From Eledone cirrhosa (taxonomy: Eukaryota), in NCBI GenBank assembly GCA_964016885.1, contig OZ024753.1:31496001-31560000 (forward strand): a DNA stretch of 64,000 nucleotides. Direction: 5' to 3'. This document shows positions 1-14,958 of the stretch, one piece after another. Position 1 is the stretch's first letter. Every line of letters begins with the position of its first letter. Both the position numbers and the translations under genes were made by a program. The notes under the pieces are model-generated. The model saw only the letters and a list, made by a program, of their open reading frames with translations. It ran no database searches and was not told the origin of the DNA.

Positions 1-340
1 CTGGCACTTTATTTTATCGACCCCGTAAGGATGAAAGGCAAAGTTAACCTCGGCGGGATTTGAACTCAGAATAGCAAGGGCCGTAACTCTATGCGTCAAA
101 GCATGGCGTCCGACCCTCCACCGATACTGCCAATCCACCGCCCTTTCATAATAATTGTTTCTACTTTAGGCACAAGGCCAGCAATTACCCAGTGCATTAC
201 TGGTACTTTATTTTATCGACCCCGTAAGGATGAAAGGCAAAGTCAACCTCGGCGGGATTTGAACTCAGATCGTAAAGGGACGTAACTATGCTGGAAAGCA
301 TGGCGTCCGACTCTCTACCGATACTGCCAATCCACCGCCC
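1..340 (-). mobile_element. Two tandem copies of tRNA-derived SINE family 1 (Meta-domain-like core)
   Basis: Consensus on the element strand: ggcggtggattggcagtatcggtag (A-box-like) ... gagttcaaatccc (B box) ... gcctttcatccttacggggtcgataaaataaagtaccag ... gtagaaacaattatt. Copies at 1-143 and 150-340. Confidence 0.9.
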
Positions 341-629
341 TTTCATAATAATGATGACTTGTAACTTGAACTGAATTCGTGGGTGACTGTTTGGATTAGT
401 CTCTCAAAACATATTGTTATTTCTTAAATACACTTTGATTACACGAGGCAGCATATATATATATATATATATCGATTTATCAAATATGTCTTCCAAAGAA
501 AATTCTGTTTTATTTCCTTCATTGATTCAGGTTTTTTGTGCGGTTTCTATTTATATTGTATAGTTTAAGAGATCATATTTATGTTCTTCAATCATACATC
601 CTACCACTAACATCTCAGCATCCTTGTTA

Positions 630-921
630 TATACATATATCTATATACACACACGCATATATTCACACATTACATATATATATGTGTATGTGTGTGTAGA
701 TATATTTTCATATATATGCATAAATACACGCACACACAAGCGCAAACACGCACACATTACATATATGTATGTGTATGTGTGTGTAGATATATGTATACAT
801 ATATATGCATAAATACACGCACACACAAGCGAAAACACACACACATTACATATATGTATGTGTATGTGTGTAGATATATGTATACATATATATGCATAAA
901 TACACGCACACACAAGCGCAA

Positions 922-1015
<94 letters not shown>

Positions 1016-1070
1016 GCACACACAAGCGCAAACACACACATATATATATATATATGCACGCACACACTTA
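630..1070. repeat. Compound CA/TA minisatellite (~76-bp unit, ~3 copies)
   Basis: Repeated gcataaatacacgcacacacaagcg unit. Confidence 0.85.
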
Positions 1071-1303
1071 TCTAAAGTTTCATTTTATTAAATATACTAT
1101 TTACTATCTATTTTGGAAACACTTCTTTCTCTCTCCCTTCTCTCTCTCTCACTCTCTATGTAAATATATATATATATATATGTCTACATCTCTCTATATA
1201 TATGTCTATATATGATAACTTCACTAATATATTATCATACCTTTCTATGTTCATTTTTGGGTTTCCGTCGTTCCCTTTCCCCTTCCATTATTATTTTTCA
1301 TTA

Positions 1304-1497
1304 GGGTGGTGAATTGGCAGTATCGGTAGAGGGTTGGACGCCATGTTTTCTAGCATAGTTACGGCCCTTTACAGTCTGAGTTCAAATCCCGCCGAGGTTA
1401 ACTTTGCCTTTCATCCTTACGAGGTCGATAAAATAAAGTACCAGTAATGTACTGGGTAATTTGCTGGCCTTGTGCCTAAAGTAGAAACAATTATTAT
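1304..1497 (+). mobile_element. SINE family 1, full length
   Basis: Same ~190-bp consensus with a TTA tail. Confidence 0.9.
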
Positions 1498-4337
1498 TTT
1501 TCATTTTATTCTATTTTTCGTAGCAGAAAACAAATGGGAAAGATAAATTAATTAATATTGAATAAATGAATCAATGCAAGGAACTATATATGTCTCTGTG
1601 TTGTATTCATGTCATGAAAAGATCTCTTATTTTATGACTTTGATTAATATTCTAGACAATCTGGAACCTATTTGGGGCTTCATCCAATTTACTCGAGAAT
1701 TTTCTACTGTTTTTCGTATTTTTTCCTTCCACTTCTTTATCCTGTTTTTTATCATGGAAAGAAACCAATTCAAGCCACATAAAATTCAGTGTGTATCTTT
1801 AATGTAATCTTGTAAATTATTTCGTTCCTTCTATATCTTTAGTCTATTATAAATTACTTTTGTTTATTTAGCAATCTGTAATACAATACACTTGTTTTTC
1901 TGTTGGTATATTTTCTTGCGCTAGACGTATGGTAAATGTAGTTCCGATAGATGCACATCTCAACTTCTAGACTATATATTCATCATCATTATTGCAGTGT
2001 GTTCCAAGAGTTTCTTGCATCACGTATGAAGCATCGATTTTTACGCAAATCCTCGAACATGAGAAAAGGATAAAATAAAATTGAAAAAAAACTCGGATCT
2101 TAAATTTCTGTTTTCTTGGTGTTCGTTATCACGTAGAAGTGAGAATACAACTCTAAGTTATCCCCCACACGGTCAACATTAAATTCCCAACATTGCATTG
2201 TAGTCTTAATATATATTGTAAGGTTGATGTAATACTCTGTATCAAGTGAAATAATTGTCATTGAGACCTCTAACAAACGAATGATGTGTATGAAGAAAGT
2301 CGACAGTTATTCCTAGATGTGTCAACTCAGAGATACAACACAATAATTCTTTGGAAGAGAATAACATTTTCGAGGGGACACCACAATTTGATGTGTTTTA
2401 TATATTCATAGATTAATATATTTGCATATTTATATTAAGACCGTATCCTAATAGCTGGCTCTTGTTTTCAGAGCCAGAAAATACCTTACCTCTCATAAAC
2501 TAATGTCCCTCTTTCTCGTTTGTAGATTAGATTTTTGTTATAAGTTACTTACAATGGATAGGGGTAGTATATCTGCAGCCCTTTTGCAAGCTTGATATTA
2601 TATTGCTCCCCTCCTTCAGATACATCGAAATCGCCTCTGATAATTCGAAAATGTGAAAGACATATACGGGGATAAAGCATCGTCACTGCAGGGTGATGTA
2701 ATTTGGAGACTGAATGGCTGGCCTTCCATCATTCCATTGACTACCTTCATATTCAGTATATATATATATATATATAATGATATAGCACTCTTTTTTTTTC
2801 CTTTGCTTTTACGTAATTTGGAATTACGTAACACACACAGACACACACATATATATATACACACACACATACACGTAACACACACACACATATATTTATA
2901 TATATCCAGAGAGAGGGGGAGAGAGAGATAGTCGATCGACTTTCGTCAAATCAGTCCGAGGAAATAATGTTTCCGTTGGTCTTTCCAATTGCTAATACTC
3001 TCTATCGGTCGCAACTCCAGGTAGTAGGAGCAGGTGTGAAATAAAGTGTCTTACTCAATGAGCACTGTAAAATAAAGTGTTATATATATGAAGACGCGTT
3101 ACTGAGTGGTAAGAGTATTGGATTCGCAAGAAAAATAATAATCAATATAAATATTTTCCATGTCTCTATAAATGGCAGCTGAAGATTTCTAAGCAACATC
3201 GAAGTGTTGTCGCAAACTCTATTATTTCTGCGGGTTTTAAATGGTTCACCAATGTAGTAATATAGAGAACTTCTCAAAATATGAAAGACATTCCATCAAA
3301 TTTTAAAGATATTTTCATATTTGTTCTTATTAATGATAGGTTTTTTTTTTTTCGAATTCCACATTGGCAAAATTTAATAAAATTTAAATTAAGTCTTATT
3401 TCTGTCTTTTATGGTAATTTCATAGTAACTGCTTTATAATTTATAGAATATGTCTATTACTTTCTTTTCATCTGTCCAAACAATTTATTTCAATAGCCAT
3501 GAATACTACTACTACTTTATTGCTTGTCGTCACTGCATTACTGCATTATGTAGCACCACAGCTCTGTAGTATGTCTTGGATAAGTTCAGTGCTGTTTGTG
3601 GTGTTGTTTCTATTGTATTGAGTGTCTTCGTAATATGCCTGCAGTTCTTAGTAGTATATATTTGTAAATCCTGGGGCTTTGGTTATGTAGATGCCTGTGT
3701 ATTACTATTCGTCTTCTTTTTCTTTTTCTTCTTTTCCTTCTTCCTTTTCCTTCTTCCTTTTCCTTCCTTTTCTTCTTCTTCTTTTCCTTCTTCCTTTTCT
3801 TCTTTTTCTTTTTCTTTTTCTTCTTCTTTATAGGTAATATTAGATTTAGTATTGTTATCGCATGAATTTGTAAACAATAACGTCGTTGAAAATCGGATTC
3901 CAACGAGGGAATCACTGGTTCATTGAACATTAGAATTATGAATGATAATAAGATAATTATGTTTTCATTTTGCTTTCAAATACCGTGTGTATTGTTAAGG
4001 CCTCTTTTAGAAATTCAGCGAAATATCTATAAAATATATCCACTTAGAAATCAACAGCTTGCCTTCAGGTACAGATGTTCAATTTAATTCCCCTTTCATA
4101 ACAATCGACACATTTTAAACCGAGTTAACAATCTCTCACTCTCGCTTTCTTTCTTTTACACAAGAGCCCGCGCTAACACGCACACGCGCACGCACGCACG
4201 CACGCACGCGTGTGTGTGTGTTCCTGAATTTTTAGGGTATCACGTAAGTGTAGAGCTGGTGTATTTATAGTGGAGGTAGGACTGCTGCAATCAGTGTGTG
4301 ACTCAGAGAGGGGGTGGAATAATATTATAATTAACTG

Positions 4338-4417
<80 letters not shown>

Positions 4418-4667
4418 TTTAAATGTGTATGTCCTAAGGCAAATGACTATCATGATAGTCAATGGTTATCATTAATAGTTTAAAACATCTGGATAACTAC
4501 GCCTTTTCTTGAATTATATATATATATATATATAAATATATATATTAGAAAATGAGGTTTTTTACAAAATGATAAACAAAAACGAGATGTCCTGCACAAG
4601 TGAAAGTATAATGGAAAAGGATGAAATCGAACATGCAACTGGAGTCTTTTTAAGAATATTTATTTGG

Positions 4668-4711
4668 TTCCTTTACCGGTTTCGCAGTTCTTTTGCTTTT
4701 CAAAAGTAGAA
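4668..4711 (-). ncRNA. Hammerhead-like motif, family C second copy
   Basis: Same UUGAAAA core and GAAACCGGUA. Flanks (~4590-4733) are homologous to ~27913-28050. Confidence 0.55.
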
Positions 4712-4792
4712 TTGGGATGGATGGTTTGTGGTTTATATATATATACATATACGATATTAAATAAATGGAAACTATATTTATAAAACCATATT

Positions 4793-4858
4793 TATTTCAT
4801 TATATATATTTCAGGGATATCATATTAACAATATGCTATGCCATCCTCAGACAAAATA
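4793..4858 (-). ncRNA. Type I hammerhead ribozyme (family B), left arm copy
   Basis: Mirror copy of 5014-5079 with U instead of A at position 10.1. Confidence 0.68.
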
Positions 4859-5013
4859 CAATATAAACAGTTTTATAGATAAATAGATTTGACATACCGT
4901 ACAACATCGACTTGTATTTGAAAAGTTGAATTGGCTGCCAATTCAACTTTTCAAATACAAGTCGATGTTGTACGGTATGTCAAATCTAATTATCTATAAA
5001 ACTGTTTATATTG

Positions 5014-5079
5014 TATTTTGTCTGAGGAAGGCATAGCATATTGTTAATATGATATCCCTGAAATATATATAATGAAATA
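5014..5079 (+). ncRNA. Type I hammerhead ribozyme (family B), right arm of a 373-bp palindrome
   Basis: UAUUUUGU-CUGAGGA-31-nt stem II hairpin-GAA-AUAUAUAU-A-AUGAAAUA: 8-bp stem I with 2 G-U pairs and a palindromic stem III. Confidence 0.7.
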
Positions 5080-7499
5080 AATATGGTTTTATAAATATAG
5101 TTTCCATTTATTTAATATCGTAAATATACTCCAAATACTTGTCGAGTGCTTTTATATCAGTTATAAATATTTACTAGTTGTAACCCAACAATTTAAATAT
5201 AACTTTCCATATATATACATATATATATACAATGTGTGTGTGTTTATGAAAGAGTGAAACACAGAGACTCATCGATAGAAGTGCTTATTTGTTTACAGCA
5301 GTAGAATGTAAAAGACACACGCGTTTGTTACCCTGTCCCACTATATAAAAGTTGTGATAATGTAAATCTTATATTTTACTTTTGTCATATGATTATAACA
5401 TTATAACGTAATATCATATTACATTGTAAAGTTATATCGTATTGTAACGTTATATTTTCATATATAATAAGGCTAATGTGATGTATTATATCGTATCGAG
5501 TTCTCCGTCTGATTTTCTCTTAAAGCCTCCATCTGTGCCAACTATGTCTTTCATCTTAAAGCTATCGGTGCAATAACTATTAATACTACCTGCTAGATCG
5601 ATCAAACGATTATGTCTTCTATAATTTGGCAAAAGTACACGTTTGAAATTGGTAGTGAATGACTAAACAAAGTTACACTAATGAGAACGCTAAAATTGAC
5701 GCCAATAAAATCTCTTTCTCTTTCCCTCTCTCGTTATACGTAGTTTGAAACAAATGCGACTCGTTATTGATACCCTATTTTCAGTATTGATAGATTAATA
5801 TCTATCAGTATTAGCTTGAATTTTCATTCTGGCTATTCGCTTGTCTTTTCATGCAATTAAAAATTAAATATATTACCATCAATAGAATATAGTTACATGG
5901 CTGTCATGTCAAACTTTTGTGAAAAACTGTCCAATGGCTGCTTGCATGTCTTTGAAGATATAATCAAATATATGTACGATGCGTTTAGGCATGGACTTGT
6001 GGTGAAAAAGGTCGCTTCGTAATCGCTTAGTTCTGATATTGATCTCAACAAGAACTATCTTCGCTTAGCCTAATCTATCGTGGCGGGTGGTCTCATACAG
6101 CAATTTTGTGAATGCTTGTAGATGGAAACTGTGGGAAGGTCAGTATGTATAAGTGTTTGCGTGTGCATTTGCTTGTGCGTGTGTATATGTGAAGGTATTA
6201 TTATAATCAATCAGAAATAATTTCCTGAATCTGTTTGGACTCTTTATATTTAACGGAGAGATAACGACACATAAACTAAGTCACGTTCGTTATCAATACA
6301 ATTTAGAAAAAAAAAAAATATATATATATAATAATAATAATAAATGTGAAGAATAAAATCCAAAGAGAGCTCGATAAATATTTACATGTTTTTTATGTTT
6401 TAATTGAATATTGACCTGTTAGGCGCGCTCAGATGCCTAGCACAATATCCGCTACCCAACACCACAGACACTATCTTTTTTTTGTTAAATCACCAGTCTG
6501 ACGAGCATAACGATACTGTACTGGAATCAAGTCCAGATCTTCTAGAAATAACCTTTAGTTAATTATTTGCGAAACTTGCATAACACGTTATTAACAACGG
6601 CTTTGAAATTATATGGCTATTGCAATTTCTTCAGTTCGTATTTAAATAACTTTGATGACCTTGTGAGAAAAAGTTCTGTATGTTTAATCACGGTATCTTG
6701 TCATCGATTACGAACGTCCATTAATTCGATCTGCCTGAAAGATTAAGTTTGGCTAAAAGCCGGCCAGTTTTGACAATTCTATATCGATGTTCATCTGAAC
6801 GGTTATATCCTTTTAGTAGCATTTGATTCTATTAAATATTGCCATGGTTAATGCGACCACAGCTAAATTACATTTTATTCCAGAACGTTCTAATATTTTA
6901 GCCTTGTAACTACTACTATTACTTTGCTCCTAAAAAAAACATTTGATAATTAGTTTTGATTTGAAAGACTTAACTACTTGAATTAAAAACCTTTATTATA
7001 ATATGTAAATATATTCTAAGAAACCAAAATAGCCAATATGTTTTAAAAGTGTTGACTTATGAAGAAATACTTTTGAAATATTCTTTAAAAATGCGAACTT
7101 AGGTAAAAGTCTTTCTTAGGTAATTTTATTGAAGAATTTATTGTAAAAGTACACCCACCACTAACAAAAACTTGTAATTGAAATGTCTAGTCCTTTTAGC
7201 AATATAAGCAAGGCGTTAGAGAAAACATCTCTGATCGTGAACAAAGAAAAATAGAACGTATCTGTAAAGAAAATATCACTTAATCTGATGTTCAAAGGAA
7301 AAGCAGTTATTAGAGAACACGATCTATAGAAATCCAATTCCATTGTTAAGTATGCGGTTATGTTCTTTCGAGAAGACTTAGAAAATGTTGAATATTTTAT
7401 TTATTTCCATTACAAAAAGAACGACTTAAATCAATACATGAATGAGACTTACATTTACCTCTGCAATTATCTCTCTCCCTCTAACACATATACACTCTC

Positions 7500-7551
<52 letters not shown>

Positions 7552-7635
7552 GTTATTCCGGGTTGAATCGGAGGTAACCACAGTAAGTAAGGTACTCAAT
7601 ACATAGCAGAGTATAAAAGTTTTAATATAGATGAG

Positions 7636-7682
7636 ATTCTACAGGACTAGAACTGTTTCATTCATTAGAAATCATCAGGAAT
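7636..7682 (-). ncRNA. Type I hammerhead ribozyme (family A, second copy) within palindrome 7618-7741
   Basis: AUUC-CUGAUGA-U UUC[UAAU]GAA U-GAA-ACAG[UUCUAGUC]CUGU-A-GAAU. Stem I covaries with the 24218 copy. Confidence 0.8.
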
Positions 7683-7929
7683 GATGATTTCTAATGAATG
7701 AAACAGTTCTAGTCCTGTAGAATCTCATCTATATTAAAACTATATATATATATATATATTCTACTAACTAATAATTTCATCCACTTCTTTGTGTTGACGT
7801 TATAAAACATTTACATTTCACACGAACTAACATTACCTGAGACAGTTCTTCACCCGACAATTCTGTTTCTTCCTCAATGAATCTTTTTAATGTCTTGAGT
7901 CTTCCGCGTTTGTGTTTCATACTAGTGGG

Positions 7930-8285
7930 CTCTCATAGTAAAGGTTATGTAGCAAGTTTGTCGCACCTCATGGCATGACCTGGAAGTTGGAGACACATGA
8001 TACTGATGATATGGCTAATGGCAGGGGTGGGGGGGCAGGCTGCTGTAAAGTGGTTTGTTTGTAACACTGTCGAGATGATATGGCTAATGGGGGAGGGGGG
8101 GTAGGCTGCTGTAAAGTGGTTTGTTTGTAACACTGTCGAGATGATATGGCTAATGAGGGGGGGGGAGGCTGCTGTAAAGTGCTTTGTTTGTAACACTGTC
8201 GAGATGATTGATGTTTGTATCTTTTTTAGCATTCGAGTGTAGCAACCATTTAAAGCTTTAGCGATAGCTATTGTCTCAACACACA
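7930..8285 (-). mobile_element. Degenerate RTE-like LINE fragment with a ~63-bp internal triplication
   Basis: LNGCYTRML...LQLPGHAMR resembles the LDGCYTRML...RL.LAGH..R motif of RTE-like ORF2 ends. The gctgctgtaaagtg unit is repeated three times. Confidence 0.6.
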
Positions 8286-8289
8286 CAGG

Positions 8290-9340
<1,051 letters not shown>

Positions 9341-9451
9341 AGAGAGAGAGAGAGAAAGAGTCAGGACCTCGGCGGCTGAGCTCCTGACTCTTTCCTATTA
9401 CTCACTCTACTACCCTAAGTGTCGAGTACTCTGGTGTGTTATGGTCCATAT

Positions 9452-9636
9452 TTGTTTTTACTTTTGACACAAGGCCAGCAATAAACCAGTGTATTACTGG
9501 TACTTTATTTTATCGACCTCGTAAGGATGAAAGGCAAAGTTAACATCGTCGGGATTTGAACAAAAACCATAAAGGGCCGTAACTCCTTGCTGCAAAGCAT
9601 GGCGTCCGACCCTCCACCGATACTGCCAATCCACCG

Positions 9637-9671
<35 letters not shown>

Positions 9672-10253
9672 TAATAATATATATATATATATATATATAT
9701 TAATAATTGTTTCTACTTTTTGGCACAAGGCCAGCAATTACTCAGTGCATTACTGGTACTTTATTTTATCGACCCCGTAAGGATGAAAGACAAAGTCAAC
9801 CTCAGCGGGATTATATATATATATATATATTAATAATAATATATATATATATATATTAATAATAATAATATATATATATATATTAATAATAATAATATAT
9901 ATATATATATTAATAATTTTTTTTTTCTTTTTTTAACTTTTGGCACAAGGCCAGCAATTACCCAGAGCATTACTGGCCCTCTACCGACCCTCCACCGATA
10001 CTGCCAATTCACCGCTCTTATATATATATCTATATATATATTAATAATAATATATATATATATATTAATAATTGTTTCTACTTTAGGCACAAGGCCAGCA
10101 ATTATCCAGTGCATTACTGGTACTTTATTTTATTGACCCCGTAAAGATGAAAGGCAAAGTCAACCTCGGCGGGATTTGAACTCAGATCGTAAAGGGACGT
10201 AACTATGCTGGAAAGCATGGCGTCCGACACTCTACCGATACTGCCAATCCACC
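9452..10253 (-). mobile_element. Cluster of four SINE family 1 copies separated by (TA)n/(TAA)n tracts
   Basis: Copies at about 9452-9639, 9703-9812 (partial), 9931-10017 (internally deleted) and 10068-10253. Confidence 0.88.
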
Positions 10254-10265
10254 ATATTAATAATG

Positions 10266-10296
<31 letters not shown>

Positions 10297-10896
10297 AATT
10301 AATAATAATATATATATATATATATATATACATAAATTAATAATATATATATATATATATATACATAAATTAATATATATATATATATATAAATATACAT
10401 AAATTAATAATAATATATATATATATAAATATACATAAATTAATAATATATATATATAAACGCACACATACATATATAATGTGTATATACAATCTTCTAC
10501 AGTTGTACACAAGCAGCGACAATGTGTGTGTTTTTGTGTGAGAGAGAGATACCTTTATATATATATAGAGAATAAGTATATATAGAAATTAAAATTTCGC
10601 ATGAATTAACCCCAAATATGCATATTCTACTTCATTCTACTATGAGATCCTAAGAATACATTTCGATGGAGACGTGTTAACTATTACACCTAACCAGATT
10701 ACACGGAATTATACAATGCAGTTTAATGTGGCGGTTTGGCGGTAAAATATACAAGGTTCCGGTGATAGCAGCCATTATTTCGGTACAAAACTTTTATTGT
10801 CTTTAAGATCAACATATACTGTTGTTATTAAAACATCTCAAAGCACAGGAAATAGTGATGAAATGATAAGACAAACGAGAGTTTAAATATATATAC

Positions 10897-10942
<46 letters not shown>

Positions 10943-11366
10943 TGTGTGGGTGTGTGTATATATATGGGTGTGTGTGTGTGTGTATATATAGAAATACCGA
11001 AGATGGTTGGAAGATCACTGATGGACCACTTTATTTATATATATATAGTGTGTGTGGGTGTGTGTATATATGTGTGGGTGTGTGTATATATATATATATA
11101 TGTGTGTGTCTGTAATTATGTGTGAATGTGTGTATATATATTTATGTGTGTATTGAGAAGTAGGTGATGTATAGCCATACAAGTTAGATGATAGAAGAAA
11201 TAAAGACGGAAATGCAAAGAAGTAGATCTAATATTTATCATTTTATAATAATATGAAACGACAAATACAAATTAAGCACCCAAGTACAATAAACAGTACA
11301 ATATTAGATACATTATTTTGTGTACACATACGCACATATATATTGATGTATAGCGAGGGTAGGAAA

Positions 11367-12741
11367 GTGAGTGCTTGAGTCAAATATAGTTAGTACACTC
11401 GCGCCAAGGAGAGTGAGTACTTGAGTCAAATATAGTTAGTACACTCGCGCCAAGGAGAGTGAGTACTTGAGTCAAATATAGTTAGTACACTCGCGCCAAG
11501 GAGAGTGAGTACTTGAGTCAAATATAGTTAGTACACTCGCGCCAAGGAGAGTGAGTACTTGAGTCAAATATAGTTAGTACACTCGCGCCAAGGAGAGTGA
11601 GTACTTGAGTCAAATATAGTTAGTACACTGGCGCCAAGGAGAGTAAGTACTTGAGTCAAATATAGTTAGTACACTGGCGCCAAGGAGAGTAAGTACTTGA
11701 GTCAAATATAGTTAGTACACTCGCGCCAAGGAGAGTGAGTACTTGAGTCAAATATAGTTAGTACACTGGCGCCAAGGAGAGTGAGTACTTGAGTCAAATA
11801 TAGTTAGTACACTGGCGCCAAGGAGAGTGAGTACTTGAGTCAAATATAGTTAGTACACTCGCGCCAAGGAGAGTGAGTACTTGAGTCAAATATAGTTAGT
11901 ACACTGGCGCCAAGGAGAGTGAGTACTTGAGTCAAATATAGTTAGTACACTGGCGCCAAGGAGAGTGAGTACTTGAGTCAAATATAGTTAGTACACTGGC
12001 GCCAAGGAGAGTGAGTACTTGAGTCAAATATAGTTAGTACACTGGCGCCAAGGAGAGTGAGTACTTGAGTCAAATATAGTTAGTACACTGGCGCCAAGGA
12101 GAGTGAGTACTTGAGTCAAATATAATTAGTACACTGGCGCCAAGGAGAGTGAGTACTTGAGTCAAATATAGTTAGTACACTCGCGCCAAGGAGTGTGAGT
12201 ACTTGAGTCAAATATAATTAGTACACTGGCGCCAAGGAGAGTGAGTACTTGAGTCAAATATGGTTAGTACACTGGCGCCAAGGAGAGTGAGTACTTGAGT
12301 CAAATATGGTTAGTACACTGGCGCCAAGGAGAGTGAGTACTTGAGTCAAATATAGTTAGTACACTCGCGCCAAGGAGAGTGAGTACTTGAGTCAAATATA
12401 GTTAGTACACTCGCGCCAAGGAGAGTGAGTACTTGAGTCAAATATAGTTAGTACACTCGCGCCAAGGAGTGTGAGTACTTGAGTCAAATATGGTTAGTAC
12501 ACTCGCGCCAAGGAGAGTGAGTACTTGAGTCAAATATAGTTAGTACACTGGCGCCAAGGAGAGTGAGTACTTGAGTCAAATATAGTTAGTACACTGGCGC
12601 CAAGGAGTGTGAGTACTTGAGTCAAATATGGTTAGTACACTGGCGCCAAGGAGAGTGAGTACTTGAGTCAAATATGGTTAGTACACTGGCGCCAAGGAGA
12701 GTGAGTACTTGAGTCAAATATGGTTAGTACACTCGCGCCAA
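11367..12741. repeat. 46-bp minisatellite, ~30 copies
   Basis: Unit gtgagtacttgagtcaaatatagttagtacact(c/g)gcgccaaggaga, head-to-tail, with few variant positions and no spacers. Confidence 0.97.
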
Positions 12742-13020
12742 TGTAGTTGAGAACACTCTTCACTAGTTTGAGAATATAATTTTGAACGAAATATTATTTC
12801 AGCCGGCAAACACGGTAGCCTCAATACCATACATAAATCACAGCCTGCTATACTTTTTATTGAATAACCAGGGCCAAAGATGCATCATATAAGTCTCTAT
12901 CTTCATGTCTGATGAGTGAAAGATCAGAAATTATCCTCAGGGCAGACATCCTGGTAGGAAAAGAAACGTATTGGGGTAAAATGCATTTGATCATAGGTTT
13001 GTTCGATCATTACTGAAAAA

Positions 13021-13209
13021 GGGCAGTGGATTGGCAGTATCAGTAGAGGGTCGGACGCCATGCTTTCCAGCATAGTTACGTCCCTTTACGATCCGAGTTC
13101 AAATCCCGCCGAGGTTGACTTTGCCTTTCATCCTTACGGGGTCGATAAAATAAAGTACCAGTAATGCACTGGATAATTGCTGGCCTTGTGCCTAACGTAG
13201 AAACAATTA
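13021..13209 (+). mobile_element. SINE family 1
   Basis: Full consensus match. Confidence 0.9.
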
Positions 13210-13259
13210 CTGAAATATGGCTTTCAAAACGCGCATAGTTTATTCTACTTTATGACAGA

Positions 13260-13540
13260 GTATCCAGCTTCAAGGCCCTTCCATCGTTTCACTCTATTGC
13301 CGTGACTGACCTGGTTCTTCCCCCGATTGTCTTCATGGATTCTTTGATGCCGTCCTTTCGTTTTCTCTTCCGTCTGCACCTCTTTCCTTGCTACTGTCGT
13401 TGAATCCACACTTTGGATATTTACGTCTATCTATTATCCTTCTCTGGTTTGTCTCAATATCCTGCCCGGTATCATTTTGTTTTTATTTGTTATAAATCAT
13501 ACCACCACACTGTATCTAATTTTTCCGCAATATATTTTGA
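13260..13540 (-). mobile_element. Highly decayed RTE-like LINE 3' fragment
   Basis: Minus strand gives remnants of the AGH..R / W.....KR.R.R....D.I / W pattern, with stops and frameshifts. Confidence 0.35.
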
Positions 13541-14920
13541 TCCGGTGCTGGCATTGCTCATTCCCATATATATATATATATATATATACACATCTATCTA
13601 TCTATCTGTCTATATATAACCCTGGATAAACTTATATATGTATATATAAAATATATACATACACACATATATATCCGACCTAGCCGTCGAAACGGCTTGA
13701 GCTCAGCCGTCGGGGTCCTACTCGTTCCTATTACCCACTCTACTACCCTAAGTATTGAGTAATTTGGTGCGTTATGGTCCAGCTGGTTCCTTACCACATT
13801 TCCTTCGTTATATATATATATATATATATATATATCTTACTCAATGCACCAAGATTATTATCTACACGAAGGGAATTAGTCCTGAATCGCTATACTGATA
13901 ACAAAATATCGGGTCATATGATTGACCTTTCTTATAGATACTAGCTATCGATATAAACTTCACTTCGCCTTCACTTTCTATACAGCAGAAGAGAAAAAAA
14001 GCATTTAATAAAATACAACTATGAGAAGAAGCACTACAGTTGGTAACAATACACATTTACTGTGGGAAAAGTAAAGAAATTTGTTTTGTGAAAAATATAT
14101 TGGCATCTCTTCAATAGCAAACCATTCCCTTTAGACTTTCATATTGTTTTATTTTTTGGTATTTTATTTAACACTTATTTTCTATTTCCAACGCTCAATA
14201 CAAACTTAGAATTCGAGAAGAAATCGAAGTTATAATCACGCGCCATTGTGAATGTATGGGCACAAGACTTAAATTGGATGTGCGTAAATGTTTCTGTATG
14301 TCTTTATTTGGGGGCATTTTGTGCTTATATACGTGGTGTGTGTGTGTGTGCGTATTTGTGTATGTATTTGTGCGTAATTGTGTCTTCGTACGTACGTACG
14401 TGTGTGTGTGTGTGTGTGTGTACACGTACGTACGGGTGTGTGTATATGAGGTTGTTTGAACCTTTGTGTATATGTGTATATATGTGTGTGTGTGTGTGTG
14501 CAGGGGCTTGCTGGCGAGTAATTGTGTGTGAATCTATCCACCATTGAATTAAAACGCTGTTTACAGTTCTATACTTCTCTATAATTTGCCAGCGTTGCTA
14601 GTCCGTCAATTTCCTCACCTGTTGCGATGTTTCCTCCAGCGGCAGAGTATTGAATAAGAATTTACACACGGCAGAATAAAAGTACTTTCATCCACACAAA
14701 ACGAACACTACACACAACCTTTTTATTACCAGTATCTACACAAGGGATGTGCACTTTTAAAATATCTGAAAAACATTGTTTAGTTGCACTGAGTATATAA
14801 AATGATTTTGCAGCCTGCATGATTTAACCCCATACATACATATGTATGTATACATCCACACGCACACACATACTTTCTATATATATATATACATCCACAC
14901 GCGCACACACACACACACAT

Positions 14921-14953
<33 letters not shown>

Positions 14954-14958
<5 letters not shown>

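Larger units (their letters stand above)
4750..5208. mobile_element. PLE-like inverted pseudo-LTR insertion: 373-bp near-perfect palindrome (4750-5122, centre 4936) plus one-sided extension
   Basis: The arms are reverse complements with about 2 mismatches. The element is flanked by (TA)n and each arm carries a hammerhead. Confidence 0.75.

Noticed and set aside
3610-3930. Lys/Glu/Arg-rich ORFs here and at 26247-26513; poly-Val/Leu ORFs at 32176-32498
   Set aside because: Products of (CTT)n-like polypyrimidine tracts and (CTA)n repeats.
6493-6524. ccagt-CTGACGA-gcataac-GATA-ctgt-actgg hammerhead-like motif
   Set aside because: GAAA is replaced by GAUA, stem II is only 1 bp, and the stem I register leaves no proper cleavage nucleotide. 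No second copy was seen.
11367-12741. CRISPR-like regular array
   Set aside because: Units are head-to-tail with no unique spacers, there are no cas genes, and the context is eukaryotic. It is a minisatellite.
12908-12940. CTGATGA...GAAA motif
   Set aside because: No stem I or stem II complementarity; expected by chance.
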